Source of the DNA: Octopus sinensis
Lineage: Eukaryota
NCBI RefSeq assembly: GCF_006345805.1
Contig: NC_043019.1
Location: forward strand, 32,301,360-32,365,359
Direction of reading: 5' to 3'
Length of the DNA: 64,000 bases
The translations under genes and the position numbers were made by a program. Positions 47,909-61,146 of the stretch are shown here, piece after piece (positions within the stretch are counted from its first letter, which is position 1; every line of letters begins with the position of its first letter). The notes under the pieces were generated by a model, which saw nothing but the letters and a program-made list of their open reading frames with translations, did no database searches and was not told where the DNA came from.

Positions 47909-48439
47909 GTAAGTTCTATTTGTAGTCGTCGTTGTTGTTGTTGATGTTTTTGTCATCATGATTGTTGTTGTTTTAGTGTTTAACCCTAGGTAAAATACCT
48001 GCTTCAAACAGACCTATGATCAAAACATATCTCAGCCATCCTTCCTTTCCCTTGGGACATAATGCATCTAGAACTATCAAGATTACCTTTCATTTCCTGT
48101 TCTTCTTTTAAGACAATAATAGTAAAATATATTTTGAAGGAGATTTTGCTACTTCATTTCACGTTGCTCCAGTCCACTCAGCTGGCAAAAATGAGTAGTA
48201 CCTGTATTTCAAAGAACCAGCCTTTCATACTCTCTGTCACGTTGAATCTCCCTAAGAACTATGTTAAGGGTACACATGTCTGTGGAGTGCTCAGCCACTT
48301 GCACATTAATTTCACGAGCAAGCTGTTCTGTTGATCGTATCAGCTGGGACCCTCGTTGTCATAACCCATGCAGTGCTCTTTTATATATATATACACACAC
48401 ACATACATACATTGAATTTTCATGGAAAAAGTCAGCATA

Positions 48440-48740
48440 GCCTAAACATTCAAACCTTGTCTCTATCTTCAGACTGAATCTTTGGTACCCTAAAGTTGTC
48501 CTGGTGTATATAAGTTAAGCCACGTGTTGTGTCTGTAAGGTTTTGGTCTGAAAATATTTGACTTGTATTCTGGAAAATATGGTATTTTTCCTGTGTGCAA
48601 AGGTGGCATGCAGAAGGAATGTATGAATGCGTGTGCTGAAACGTTAGGTTATGATGTGTGATTCCTCTCTTGCCTGTTTTTACCATAATGTAGAATTAAA
48701 ATGTCTCACCTGACCCTGTGCCTGGTTACTAAAATACTGG
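48440..48740 (-). mobile_element. Possible decayed Penelope-like RT C-terminal fragment
   Basis: Frameshifted pieces DILI..., HSYIPSACH, SDQN, LGY resemble PLE LDxxI / YLxxxSCHP / LxxxGYP motifs; heavily degraded. Confidence 0.35.
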
Positions 48741-48915
48741 AAAACAGAGTTACATGGTCCTAATGATTGCTTCCTAAAATACAAAGAAATAGTGTCACTG
48801 ACTCTCAGAACCTAGTAACTGAAATTCAAGATAAAGCAGTAAAACCAGATCCCTTGTGTGAATACATATATATATGCGTGTGTATGTGATATATGAGTGT
48901 ATATGTATATATATA

Positions 48916-49295
48916 GGCACAGGAGTGGCTGTGTGGTAAGTAGCTTGCTAACCAACCACATGGTTCCGGGTTCAGTCCCACTGCGTGGCATCTTGGGCAA
49001 GTGTCTTCTGCTATAGCCCCGGGCCGACCAATGCCTTGTGAGTGGATTTGGTAGACAGAAACTGAAAGAAGCCTGTCGTATATATGTATGCGTTTGTGTT
49101 TCTGTGTTTGTCCCCCTAGCATTGCTTGACAACTGATGCTGGTGTGTTTATGTCCCCGTTACTTAGCGGTTCGGCAAAAGAGACCGATAGAATAAGTACT
49201 GGGCTTACAAAGAATAAATCCCGGGGTTAATTTGCTCGACTAAAGGCGGTGCTCCAGCATGGCTGCAGTCAAATGACTGAAACAAGTAAAAGAGT
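48916..49295 (+). mobile_element. SINE family A, full length
   Basis: Family A consensus. Confidence 0.9.
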
Positions 49296-49424
49296 ATATA
49301 TATATATAAATGTAAATGATATATATGTGTTCATGATATGTAAGTATATATATAAGTGTAAATATATTAAGTACGTGTGTACTTACATATTAAGTGCATG
49401 GAAATTATATATATTAAGTACTTA

Positions 49425-50718
49425 TATCAGGTCATTAAAACTGAAATTTTCAATTTTCATATGCCCCAAGTTTGACAGTCGTTAACTCTAAAGTTTTATT
49501 CCGAAAATTCTTTTGTTTTGCAACATTGAAGAGTTACATCATTAATTTTCGAAATGCAATTCATGGTGTCTGGTTATATTTTGAGTTTTATCTTGTAAAT
49601 CAATTTTTGTGAACCCAAGGATATAGATAAGAAATTTGTGTTGTTTACAAATATGCATTCTGTCGTGGAACCAGTGTAATCCCAGACAGCTCAGAACAGC
49701 TCACAATGAGGTGTTTGGTGAAGATATGGCAAATGAGCGCACTGTACGTCGATGGCTTGAGAAGTTCCGCCGGTCTGGTGACTTCACTCTTGAAAATCAG
49801 CCCCGTGGTAGACCTGATACCAAGGTGGATAATGATGAGCTGGAAACTGTTGTGGTAGCAGATACATCTCAAACTATGTGTGAGTTAGCAGCGAGGTTTG
49901 ATGTTTCGATTCAAACTGTATTGGACTAGCTGAAACAAATTAGCAAGGTAAAGAAGTTGGACAAGTGGGTACCACACAAACTGAATAAGCATCAAATGAC
50001 ACGTCATCTTGAAACTTGTTGTTCATTGCAGTCAGCATAAAAGCCATTTTTGCATCATATTGTTACATGTAATGGAAAATGGATTCCCTTCAACAATAGC
50101 AAGTATTCTGCATGGTGGTTGGATAGGAAGTGCTCAAACAGAATCCAAATAAAAATGTTCACCAAAGGAAGCTAATGGTGTCTGTTTGGTGGTCCAGCGC
50201 TGGTGTCATCCACTACAGCATCATGAGACCTGGTAAGTCAATTAACATCGGATGTATACATCAACCAATTGGATGAAATGATGAGTGAACTTGCAATTAA
50301 ACAATTGAGATTGGTCAATAGAGAGACAGGCCAATTCTCTTGCAAGACAATACTGAACCATACGTTGCACAAAGAACTCTATTCAAGTTACAGGAACTGA
50401 ACTTGGAAGTACTCTGTCATCCACCATATTCACAAGACCTTGCACCAGCTGACTATCACATTTTCCAGGCGTTAGACAACTTTTTGCTAAGAAAAATCTT
50501 CAAACCTGAAGAAGATGCAAAATCAAACCTTTCGTAATTTCATCACCTCTTACTCTCCAGAATTCTTCGCTGGAAACATAAATAAGCTACTGAGAAAATG
50601 GCAAAATTTTGTTGATAATTTAGTTGCATACTTTAATCAACTGCATTGCTTTCTGTTGAAATAAAATAAAATAAAATAAAATTTCAAAGTCAGACATTTC
50701 ATTCTTAATGACCTGATA
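49425..50718 (+). mobile_element. Full-length decayed mariner (Tc1/mariner) transposon, ~1.29 kb
   Basis: TIRs tatcaggtcattaa...gaaat / atttc...ttaatgacctgata flanked by TA. Transposase remnants: ERTVRRWLEKFRRSGDF..PRGRP, KWVPHKL, KLMVSVWW, LQDN, HPPYSQDLAPADYHIF. Multiple stops and frameshifts; first catalytic D reads N. Confidence 0.95.
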
Positions 50719-50977
50719 TACATACATTATATATGTATATATATATATAAATGTGCATGCATGTACAGGAATAAATGTATATATTGTGTATTTTATGTGT
50801 AGAAAGAGATGTACAATTGCTACTTTTTAGTCTAAAGTTCCATGAAGTTTCTCATAGTCCTGTCTGCTTCCACTTCAGTTATTTAGCTACTACCATACTT
50901 TGTTGTATTGCGGGTTATGACATAGAGAGTAAATGTAACAGTATTTATGATATATATATATGTATATATTATATGTA

Positions 50978-51535
50978 GGAGCAAGAGTGACTGTGTGGTA
51001 AGTAGCTTGCTTACCAACCACATCGTTCCGGGTTCAGTCCTACTGCATGGCACCTTGGGCAAATGTCTTCTACTATAGACTCAGGCCGACCAAAGCCTTG
51101 TGAATGGATTTGGTAGATGGAAACTGAAAGAAGCCCGTCGTATATATGTATGTGTTTGTGTGTCTGTGTTTGTCCCCACAACATTGTTTGACAATCGATG
51201 CTGGTGTGTTTACGTCCCCGTAACTTAGCGGTTCGGCAAAAAAGAGACCAATAGAATAAGTACTAGGCTTAAAAAGAATAAGTCCTGGGGTCGATTTGCT
51301 CGACTAAAAGCAGTGCTCCAGCATGGCCACAGTCAAATGACTGAAAAGAGTAAAGAGTATATGTATACAAGGGCTCGGGTGTGGATGTGCTGTTAAGAAG
51401 TTTGTTTCCTAACCACTTGGTTTTGGGTTCAGTCCCACTGTAGGACACTTTTGACAAAATGTCTTCTACTATAGCCCCTGGCCAACCAAAGCCTTGTGCA
51501 TGGATTTGGTAGACAGGAACTGAAAGAAGGCCATC
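50978..51535 (+). mobile_element. SINE family A full copy (50978-51358) plus second head (51375-51535)
   Basis: Family A consensus. Confidence 0.85.
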
Positions 51536-51540
51536 ATATG

Positions 51541-51603
<63 letters not shown>

Positions 51604-51853
51604 TTCCTCTCATCACTCTCTATCAAAGAGCATAGGCTCAAAACATTAAAGACTTTTCCATTTTTCCTAAGCATCAAATACACCTGCTTGTTGTTCCCTC
51701 ATATGTGTCTCTAGCTTTTGTTTTCTATACATATACATATATTTATATTGTGTGTGTGTGTGTGTATATATATATATGCATATGTATTTACGTGTGTTTA
51801 TGTTATGTATTTATATATGTGTGTGTGTCTCTTTAAATATCTATGTTGTATAG

Positions 51854-51913
<60 letters not shown>

Positions 51914-52256
51914 GTGACTGAAAATTTGGAACATAGGTTTGAAAATTTGAAAAATTTTGTATTGAATACCCAAATATATACATTATATATATTTGAATCA
52001 AATTGTGCTTGGGCAAAACAGTTTTAATTTTTTAAAAAATGTTCCAGACTTTTGCCCATGACTATATATATATATATATGGATATTCATATATATACATA
52101 TTCAGATATATATATATCATTAAATCATTTTTCATGCATCATAGCAGTCCTTTATCTTTGCCTTCCAATTCTCTCATTTGCCCACCGTTTTCCATTTCTT
52201 GTCCCCTCTATCCTGTGTCTTAGTTCTTTTCATTTATTGATGTTTTATTTCGACAG

Positions 52257-52411
52257 GGCGACCCAGACCACCTCGAGGTGGTCGTCGACAAAATAACCCT
52301 TCTCCTGGACCAGAATCTGATTTAGAGAGGGTCTTCGTATGGGATTTGGACGAAACCATTATCATTTTCCACTCTCTTCTCACAAGTACATATGCACAAA
52401 GATATGGAAAG
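52257..52411 (+). CDS. eya: eya exon: start of EYA (HAD phosphatase) domain, (R)[51 protein letters not shown]
   Basis: Acceptor ttttatttcgacag, donor AAG|gtaggt, 155 nt, phase 1-0. Contains the EYA signature [19 protein letters not shown] with the HAD DxDxT motif intact. Confidence 0.97.
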
Positions 52412-52954
52412 GTAGGTCTTCCATTGATTTATTGCTCACATATGTATGTCCATGAATACATGTATGTATGCATGTGTGCATATTTGCATTTTATATTCGT
52501 TTTTTTTTATTTTTGAAGGATTTTACATATTTCTTTCTGTAACATTTTGAGTATATTTGGAACAATTTGACGTGTTTGAAATGAAAACTTTGTCCATGGG
52601 TAGGATGGTTTCACAAGAATCAGCCAGGCAGAAGCCTGCACCAGATTTCTGTGACTGTTTTGGCGGGTGTTAGGATGCCAGAGTGGACCGGTAAAATAAG
52701 TACTGGAGTCGATTCATTTGACTAGAAGAAATAGGAAATTCAACACGGTGCCCCAGCATGGCCATAGTCTAATGACTGAAACTAGTAAAAGATAAAGTTA
52801 TATTCATCTCTCGTACCTCCTAACTTAGTGTTTTTATGCCTACATTTGCACACACACATACACACATGCATATATATTTACAGATATACATATATACATA
52901 TTTCTATATATATATGTATATACACACACACATATATATATATATAGATTTATT

Positions 52955-53260
52955 TTTACAACACAACTACTTTACCTCGACCGGTCCAGCTCTCTTTGAT
53001 ATTATACCAAAATACATCAAAACAGAAACAGATCCCATAATCCAATAAATTTAAAAAGTTCTCTGGACAAATTTTTCCGAAAAAATCCCAGACTCACATT
53101 CTACACCCAGATATGTTTCCAACGATAATAACCCTTTGCTAGAGTGGGCCATGGTGTCCCATATATGACTTAGGTGTGAATCACAATCTAAAAGACTTCA
53201 CCAGGTGGTGCCATTAAGTTAGACATGGCCTGGCCTATACTGGCCGAAACCTAAGTTATA
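52955..53260 (+). mobile_element. CR1/L2-like LINE 3' end
   Basis: Frameshifted peptide QHNYFTSTGPALFDIIPKYIK...SLDKF...IPD..TP.Y...NNPLLEWA is typical of CR1-group ORF2 ends. The 3' UTR stem ggcc-tatact-ggcc recurs on the minus strand at ~13255-13310 and ~34985-35040. Confidence 0.7.
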
Positions 53261-53425
53261 TAAGAAATATGTATACACACATACATATAAGACGGATGAC
53301 TTGTATGTGGACATCCATTATGCTAGAAGAAGATCCACTATGGTCTTACCATGGTAAGACCATAGATAGTTGGTCTTCTTCTAGCATAATGAATGTCCAC
53401 TTACAGGTCAACCCCTCTTATATGT

Positions 53426-53609
53426 CATCATCATCATCGTTTAACGTCCGTTCTCCATGCTAGCATGGGTTGGACGGTTCGACTGGGGATCTGGGAAGCC
53501 AGAAGGCTGCACCAGGCTCCAGTCTGATCTGGCAGTGTTTCTACAGCTGGATGCCCTTCCTAACACCAGTATGCCCTTCCTAACGCCAGGATGCCCTTCC
53601 TAACGCCAA
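53426..53609 (-). mobile_element. RTE 3'-end fragment
   Basis: Reverse complement of the same tail. A ~21-bp segment (atgcccttcctaac[a/g]cca) is triplicated at the truncation point, 53549-53609. Confidence 0.85.
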
Positions 53610-54471
53610 TATATGTATGTAATATTATTTTTTCTGAAACTTCAGATTTTTCAATATGCTAGACCACTGGTTTTAAACTGATATTAATCAAATTAATATT
53701 CAATTTTTCACCCTTATTATTTTAAATTTATATATACACACATATATGTATACATACATATACATTTATATGTATGTTAGTCCTGTATGTATGTGTGTAA
53801 ACTCAGTCTTCAAGAGCTATAATGTTGAAGTAACTGATAACTAAACCAGCTCTCTCTGAGTGCTGATTGTTGGAACACTTAGGCCTTAGGTGTAACTTTG
53901 AAGTGTCAGCTCACTCACATGCACACTCCTGCCACAAGTATGTATTTAACATTGGAATTTTTTTTTATCTTTACGCACACACACACACACATATATTGTT
54001 TGTGATAATGCATAAATTAACTTGTGTATGTATAAGACACATACACAATTAAACCCTTGTGATGGGTGGTCATCATTTCCTTGAAACAAGTTCTTGAAAT
54101 TATTCAGTTGGGAATTCCATAGGAAAGAAAAAGAAAGAATATATCTTTTATCATTTCCCGGTTTCAAGCATTGGACTGCAGCCATGCTGGGGAACTGCCT
54201 TGAAATCATTGCTTAAGTCATCGGACTGCAGCCAGGCTGGAGCATTACCTTGATGGACTTAGGTTTACAAATTATTGCCAGTACTTATTTGAATGCGACC
54301 ATGCTGGAGCACCACCTTTAGTCGAACAAATCAACCCCAGGACTTATTCTTTGTGAGCCTAGTACTTATTCTATTGGTTCCTCTTTGCCAAACTGCTAAT
54401 TTATGGGGACCTAAACACACCTACTTCAGTTGTCAAGTGATGGTGGTGGGAGGGACAAACACAAATATCAA

Positions 54472-54507
<36 letters not shown>

Positions 54508-55504
54508 GTAATGCCTGTATTCCTGAGTTTTGCATCATTAAAATTTAAAATTTACATCAAAGAGTAAAGGTGTACAAGCATACTCATATTTTTTTTTTCT
54601 ACACATTATAAAGATCATAAAAGTTTCCAGCCTTGGTATAGTCATGAATGACCATGGGATGGCACCTAGAAAGTTCCCCTCCAAGGCGCAAGTCTGGGTA
54701 AGGTTGTTTATGGAAGGCCAGCAGTCACCCATGCATACCAGCCTCCCCTTTCCATGCCACTGATGTTACCCAAGGGAAAGGCAAAGGGGCCGATACAGCT
54801 CTATTGAATCCTTCTTTGGAATTGTCAGCATGGCACATAACATGAGATAAATCAATTAAGCTAAATTCAACCATTTTATGAAGTTAGACATTTCTTGTAA
54901 AGAGGAAATAGTTTATAATTTAAAAGGAATTCCTGTGTTTTGTTTTTTTGTTCTTTTTGGGTTTTATTTTGTTTTGCTTTTTGTTCATCCTGGTTCATTA
55001 ATTGTTGAGGGAGCTTGATAGTGAAGGAAGTTCATGTATACAAATAAAGAGAGGCTGTAATGTCTGATGACATTTTCCTCTCCTTTTTTTTCTTAGTTTT
55101 TTTGTACTATCTTTTATTATTTTTTCTAGCTCTTTCTGAGTGTTTGATCTTTTTCTTGTTGTTGTTGTCATCGCCAGCCATCGTTGCCGTTGCATTAAAA
55201 CAGTTAGTAATCATCTCCCATTATCTGCAGTTATCTTTCAATTTCCGGGCTGCCACTGCTATTGTAATCAGCTTGTTTAATAATAAATACATATGATGAC
55301 TGTTGGCGAGGAGGCAGATAGAGAAATGATTGTGTTGTTGTGGGATGGGAGGAAGGCAGGACATACTGCATGTGTTGTAGGGGTGATAGTGGAACTAGGG
55401 GTGGTAGTGTTGTTAGTGGTCCTAGAGATGGTGGTGATGGTGTTGGGCTAATGGCGAGGGTGGTGTTGGTATTAGAGCATGTTTGCATTGTAAGGGGGGG
55501 GGGT

Positions 55505-56028
55505 GGAGATGATTGTAATGTAAGGGTCATAGTAGTGTTAGTGGTCTGGTGGTGGAGACGATTGTAATGTAAGGGTCGTAGTAGTGTTAGTGGTCTGGTG
55601 GTGGAGACGATTGTAATGTAAGGGTTGTAGTAGTGTTAGTGGTCTGGTGGTGGAGACGATTGTAATGTAAGGGTCGTAGTAGTGTTAGTGGTCTGGCGGT
55701 GGAGACGATTGTAATGTAAGGGTTGTAGTAGTGTTAGTGGTGGAGACGATTGTAATGTAAGGGTTGTAGTAGTGTTAGTGGTCTGGTGGTGGAGACGATT
55801 GTAATGTAAGGGTTGTAGTAGTGTTAGTGGTCTGGTGGTGGAGACGATTGTAATGTAAGGGTTGTAGTAGTGTTAGTGGTCTGGTGGTGGAGACGATTGT
55901 AATGTAAGGGTTGTAGTAGTGTTAGTGGTCTGGTGGTGGAGACGATTGTAATGTAAGGGTTGTAGTAGTGTTAGTGGTCTGGTGGTGGAGACGATTGTAA
56001 TGTAAGGGTCGTAGTAGTGTTAGTGGTC
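55505..56028. repeat. 49-bp minisatellite, 11 copies
   Basis: Unit ggagacgattgtaatgtaagggt(c/t)gtagtagtgttagtggtctggtggt; copy 5 lacks 8 bp. Confidence 0.95.
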
Positions 56029-57514
56029 ATGGTGTTGAGTTTTCGGCCAGTGGTGGTGGTGTTGGTATTGTCCATTGTAACAGTGTGGCCAAATAGTGTT
56101 GGCCTGGCAAGTAATGTTGGAGGAAACGTTAGAGGTGGTGGTGGTAGTGCTGGGGTTTGTTTGTATTGTAGGGGTGATTGTATTTGGTGATCCTGAAGAT
56201 GGTAGTGTTTTTGGAACTGGTGGTGTTAGCCCTTTAGGGTGTAGGTGGTGTTCATGGTCAGGGTAGTGGTATGTAGTGTATGTAGTCTGTCCATTGTATT
56301 GGTGGTGACAGTGGCACCAGCTATGGTGTCCATCCATGTCTGATGGAGAGAGGAGGTGGGGTGGGGGTTCAAGGCTGGCTGTTGGCTACTGTGGTGGCTT
56401 ATAAAGTAGGACAGTGATGATAGTGGTCATTGGAAGGTCAAAGCTGGGAGGTGTTGGTTGGTGTAGAGGTTTCTCTGATGGGGGGGAAAAACTGTTATTT
56501 AACACATACACCCCCACCTCTCAATGGGATCAACCCTGAATGGACAATCTAGCCATGACCATCCCAGTATTTTTTTGGTATTGTCATTTATCATTTGTTT
56601 TAGTCATTGGACTGGGGCCATGCTGGAGCACCACCTTGAAGTTTTTTTTGTTTTTTTTTTAGTCAAATGAAATTGACCCCAGTACTTACTTTTTTAAGAC
56701 TTGTACTTATTTTATAGGGTCATATTTCCTGAACCACCAAGTTGTGGGGACATAGACCAAGAAAGGGTGTCAGACACACTCATAAATATATATGTGCGTG
56801 TATGTATGTATGTATGAATATATATATATATTCATACATGCATATATTTGTATTATAGTGTGTGATTTCAGAGATTTTTAACTAAGCTACTATTTCTAGC
56901 ATGCCATGTGACTATGTAGAAGCCCCCTTGTTGGCTAATGTTGGGATTAGTGATGTAGGGAGACTACTGCCTGTATGATGGTGGTGGTGGTGAGTGGGGT
57001 GGTATGTAAAGTAGCCCTAGGTGGGTGGGAGGGGCATTGCTTTGGGATAGTTAGTTGTGTGGGTATGAATCTGGAATATTTGCCATTGGAATGTGTAGTT
57101 TTGGTTTGATGGTGAAAAGGGAATGAGGGTCTGTTTTATTGTTAATGCTGTGGAAGTGTCTAGGTGTGTGTGTATGTGTCTGTAGGATGAAAGCAGAACC
57201 TACAGCTGGCTATAGCCTCTGTGTTGTGTGTGTGTGTGAATTTCTACTAGTTAAAGAATTAAAGAAAATACTTTTAAATGTGTGTGTGTTTGTATATAAA
57301 TTCGTGTGTGTGTATGTCAATGTCTATCTGCTAGTTAAAGAACCCACACGTGTGTTTATATGCAAATATATGCGTGTGTACATATATGAAGACACACATG
57401 TGTGTGTGTATGTAGATATATGTCTGTGCGTATGTATATAAATAAATACCTGTGTTTTGTATGCATATACCCGTGTGTACGTGTGTCACATTAGTGACCA
57501 TATGGTGGACAATA

Positions 57515-57546
<32 letters not shown>

Positions 57547-57880
57547 ATCAACCGATAAGGGTGAGAAAATTGGGTACTAATTTAATAGCACATCCATTTA
57601 CCACCAAGTGGCTTAGTGCATAAAAAACCCGGATTACGACACATTTTATACATAAATATAAGAGAGTGACCACCATGTGGTGTACTATATATATATATAT
57701 ATGCACTCCACTAGCAGGAATGCCAGTCATCGAATTTGATTTCGAGTAGATTTTTCAGTTCCATCTGAAAATTGAAGGCTTCGAATGTCCTATGTCCTAT
57801 CCCGTGGTTTTTGTATCATCTTCTAAAGGTTTTATGTTCTTTCCCAGATTGTATTTTTTCTACATATAATATATATATTA

Positions 57881-58283
57881 GGCATAGGAGTGGCTGTGTG
57901 GTAAGTAGCTTGTTTACCAACCACATGGTTCCGGGTTCAGTCCCACTGCGTGGCACCTTGGGCAAGTGTCTTCTACTATAGCCTCGGGCCGACCAAAGCC
58001 TTGTGAGTGGATTTGGTAGACGGAAACTGAAAGAAGCCCGTCGTATATATGTATACATATATATATATGCATGTATGTGTTTGTGTGTCTGTGTTTGTCC
58101 CCCTAGCATTGCTTGACAACCGATGCTGGTGTATTTATGTCCCCGTTACTTAGTGGTTCGGCAAAAGATACCGATAGAATAAGTACTGGGCTTACAAAAG
58201 AATAAGTCCCGGGGTCGATTTGCTCGATTAAAGGCAGTGCTCCAGCATGGCCGCAGTCAAATGACTGAAAAAAGTAAAAGAGT
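57881..58283 (+). mobile_element. SINE family A, full length
   Basis: Family A consensus. Confidence 0.9.
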
Positions 58284-58513
58284 ATATAAGGCAGTAGGAT
58301 GTACTCTTGATATACATGTGGGGCAGGTATATACAACTCTCTCTCTCTCTTTATCTCTCACGCCCCCCCCCACCATCTACACTGATGTGTCTGTTAGATG
58401 ACCACCACAGCTATCCTTTCCTCCTCCTCCGCTCCTATTCCTAACATGTACAACTGGGAGGGAAGGAGTCTGCTAGTTAAAATACTTAGCAACACTGGGC
58501 TTATATTATCATC

Positions 58514-58562
<49 letters not shown>

Positions 58563-58886
58563 TTGTTGTTGTATTGCCTTCCATCCTGTTCCTTCCCTTG
58601 AGGATACAGTAAGAGAGAGAGAGAGAGAGAGAGTGTGTGTGTGTGCGCGCGCGTATGTGTGTGTGTGTTGTCAGCTCTTATCATTCCAGGGTTTTTAATT
58701 TGTCAAGGCCTCTCTCTCTCTCTCCCTGATCTCCTCCACTCCACTCTGACAGCTGTGTGTAATTTCCTCAGTAGGCATACACTTGTGTACATAAGTGTGT
58801 ACATGTGTACGTGTCTGTGCATACATACACACTGCACAAATATCTGTAGTCATGTGTTGTATATATGTGTATATAGGTGTGTATTT

Positions 58887-58923
<37 letters not shown>

Positions 58924-58933
58924 ATAGATGCAT

Positions 58934-58964
<31 letters not shown>

Positions 58965-59171
58965 ATGTATGTATGTATGTATGTATCCATCCAACCCATG
59001 CTAGCATGGAAAACGGACGCTAAACGATGATGTATATATATATGTATGTATGTATGTGTATGTATGTATATGTATGTATGTATATATATGTATATATGTA
59101 TGTATGTATATATATATGTGTGTGTGTATGTATGTGTAGGCACAGGCTTGGCTGTGTGGTAAGAAGCTTTA

Positions 59172-59386
59172 AGGTGGCGAGCTGGCAGAATTGTTAGCAC
59201 GCCGGGCAAAATGCTTAGTGGTATTTCATGTCTTTACATTGAGTTCAAATTCCGCCAAGGTGGAATTTGCCTTTCATCCTTTTGGGGATCAATAAATTAA
59301 GTACCAGTTGCATACTGGAGTCGACCTAATCGACTAGCCCTTGCCCCACTCTGAATTCGGGCCTTGTGCCCAGAGTATAAAAGATT
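59172..59386 (+). mobile_element. SINE family B inserted after a SINE A head fragment
   Basis: ggctgtgtggtaagaagcttt|aaggtggcgagctggcagaa. Confidence 0.85.
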
Positions 59387-59789
59387 CAGGCTCACCATTG
59401 GAAGACTTCTCATATGGACTCATGGGGCATAAAAGCACTCGTTTTCATGTCATCGTATGAGGGGCTTCTTCACAGTCTCCATGTACCAAATTTATTCGCA
59501 AACCATTGGTCGGTCCTGGGTAGGGAGGGCGCTAGTAGAAGACAAGACACTTGCTGAAATTGTCATGCAGCAGGCCTGAACACAAGATCACATGGTCTTG
59601 GTTCATAAAAAAAAAAAAAAAAAAACTTCTGAACCATTCTACCATGTAAGCAACCTATTCATTCCATTTGGTGGAATCTATTAACCCATTCATGCTGAAA
59701 ATTTTTCGTTAAGAGTACCTTCGTTTTACTTTCACTGTTGTTCTTATTTTCTTCCATGTAACCGTGGCAACAATTTTCTTTTCGATGGA

Positions 59790-60000
59790 CGACTTCACAA
59801 CACTGAAGCTTTCGGGGGGAGATGACAAAAGACCGAGATATCTGGCACCTTGCTGTACTCGAGAAGACCCATCCTTCGCAGCCGAAGTGTTAAGAATGCT
59901 CTTCCTGGTGAAGAGAATTGGCCTTCAAGGGTCCTGTGTTGGTGCCAGGTAAAAAGCAGTTATGCCGGTGCTGCTGTGTAAAGGCACTCGTGCCAGTATC
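59790..60000 (+). mobile_element. Diverged RTE ORF-end/3' UTR fragment
   Basis: gagatgacaaaagaccgagatatctggcaccttgctgtactcgagaagacc aligns with the ORF end of the 41.4-kb RTE (gaaatgactagagaccgagacctctggaagtgtgctgtgcgcgagaagacc). Confidence 0.65.
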
Positions 60001-60025
60001 ATGTTGAAATCTTCTGGCACTCAAA

Positions 60026-60343
60026 GGTACATGGCTCAGTGGTTAGAGCGTCAGGCTCACAATCATGAGGTAGTGAGTTTGATTCCTGGACCGGGCAATG
60101 TATTGTGTTCTTGAGCAAGACACTTTATTTTCACATTCCTCCAATTCACACAGCTGTAGAAATGAGTTGTGACATCACAGGTGCCAAGCTGTATCGGCCC
60201 CTTTGCCTTTCCCTTGGGTAACATCAGTGGCTTGGAGAGGGGAGGCTGGTATGCATTTCCATAAACAACTTTACCCAGACTTGCACCTTGGAGGGGAACT
60301 TTCTAGGTGCCATCTCATGGTCATTCATGACCAAAGGGGATCT
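60026..60343 (+). mobile_element. SINE family D (reverse partial copy at 54638-54800)
   Basis: ggtacatggctcagtggttagagc A-box, gagtttgattcc B-box, same body. Confidence 0.82.
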
Positions 60344-60698
60344 TTAGCCTACATTAGGAAGAGCATCCAGCTATCGGAACCAAGCCTTATCAGACTAGAA
60401 CCTGGTGCAGCTCTCCGGCATTGAAGGACAGTGGTGTGGTGGTAGCAGTAGTGTGACCTTGTCTTCAGTTTTTTCAATTTATTAATTTTATTTACTTGAA
60501 GGGTTTCATAGTTGTAGATATTTGATTTTGCAATAAAATTAATCAGTTGTATACAGACCAAATAATATAATAGTTTTTTTTTTTTATATATTTCCTTTCT
60601 TTTTCTCTCTTCTAAATATTATATGACAATGACAATTGAAAGCAAGTTTAATAACTTAAAATTGTTAATAGTTTTAAAATTGTCAGTTTTATTTTTAT

Positions 60699-61132
60699 GG
60701 TAGCGAGCTGGCAGTATCGTTAGAGCATCAGAAGAAATGCTTTGTGATACTTTTGGTTTGCTACATTCTGAGTTCAAATCCTGCCAACATTGGCTTTGCC
60801 CTTCATCCCTCTAAGATTGATGTAATAAAGTAGTAGTTAACAATTAGGGTTGATGTCATCAACTGATCTCCTCTCTTTTAAATTGCTGGCCTTGTGCCAA
60901 AATTAGAAAACATTAATTATTCAGGTGGTGAGCTGGCAGAATTGTTAGCACACTGGCCAAAATACTTAGCAGCATTTCGTTCTGAGTTCAAATTCTGCCA
61001 AGGTCAATTTTGCCTTTCGTCCTTTAAGGGTCTATGAAATAAGTACCAGTTGAATACTGGGGTCGATGTAATCAACTATCCCCATTCCCCACAAAATTTC
61101 AAACTTTGTGCCTATAGTAGAAAAGATTATTA
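60699..61132 (+). mobile_element. Two head-to-tail SINE family B copies
   Basis: Family B consensus. Confidence 0.85.
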
Positions 61133-61146
61133 AAAGTAGAAGATAA

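Larger units (their letters stand above)
18066..52411 (+). other. eya: Partial multi-exon eyes absent gene (exons in window; 5' and 3' ends not found)
   Basis: Five GT-AG bounded exons join in one stop-free frame (phases 1-0, 0-1, 1-1, 1-1, 1-0). They give a P/S/T/Y-rich region followed by the start of the EYA domain, in the same order as vertebrate EYA proteins (SQQ | ...TYQL... | GE...SPSxPxK | RGRR.NNPSP..DLERVFxWDLDET). Confidence 0.93.

Noticed and set aside
53225-53260. ggcc-tatact-ggcc-gaaac as a hammerhead half
   Set aside because: No CUGANGA upstream in any of the three copies. It is better explained as a LINE 3' UTR stem-loop.
55231-56337. Mucin-like Thr/Pro-rich gene on the minus strand
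   Set aside because: Interrupted by a 49-bp (non-triplet) repeat, with no splice or start context; a compositional artefact.
59764-59952. 62-aa ORF as a novel small gene
   Set aside because: The nucleotide sequence aligns with the RTE ORF end in another frame.
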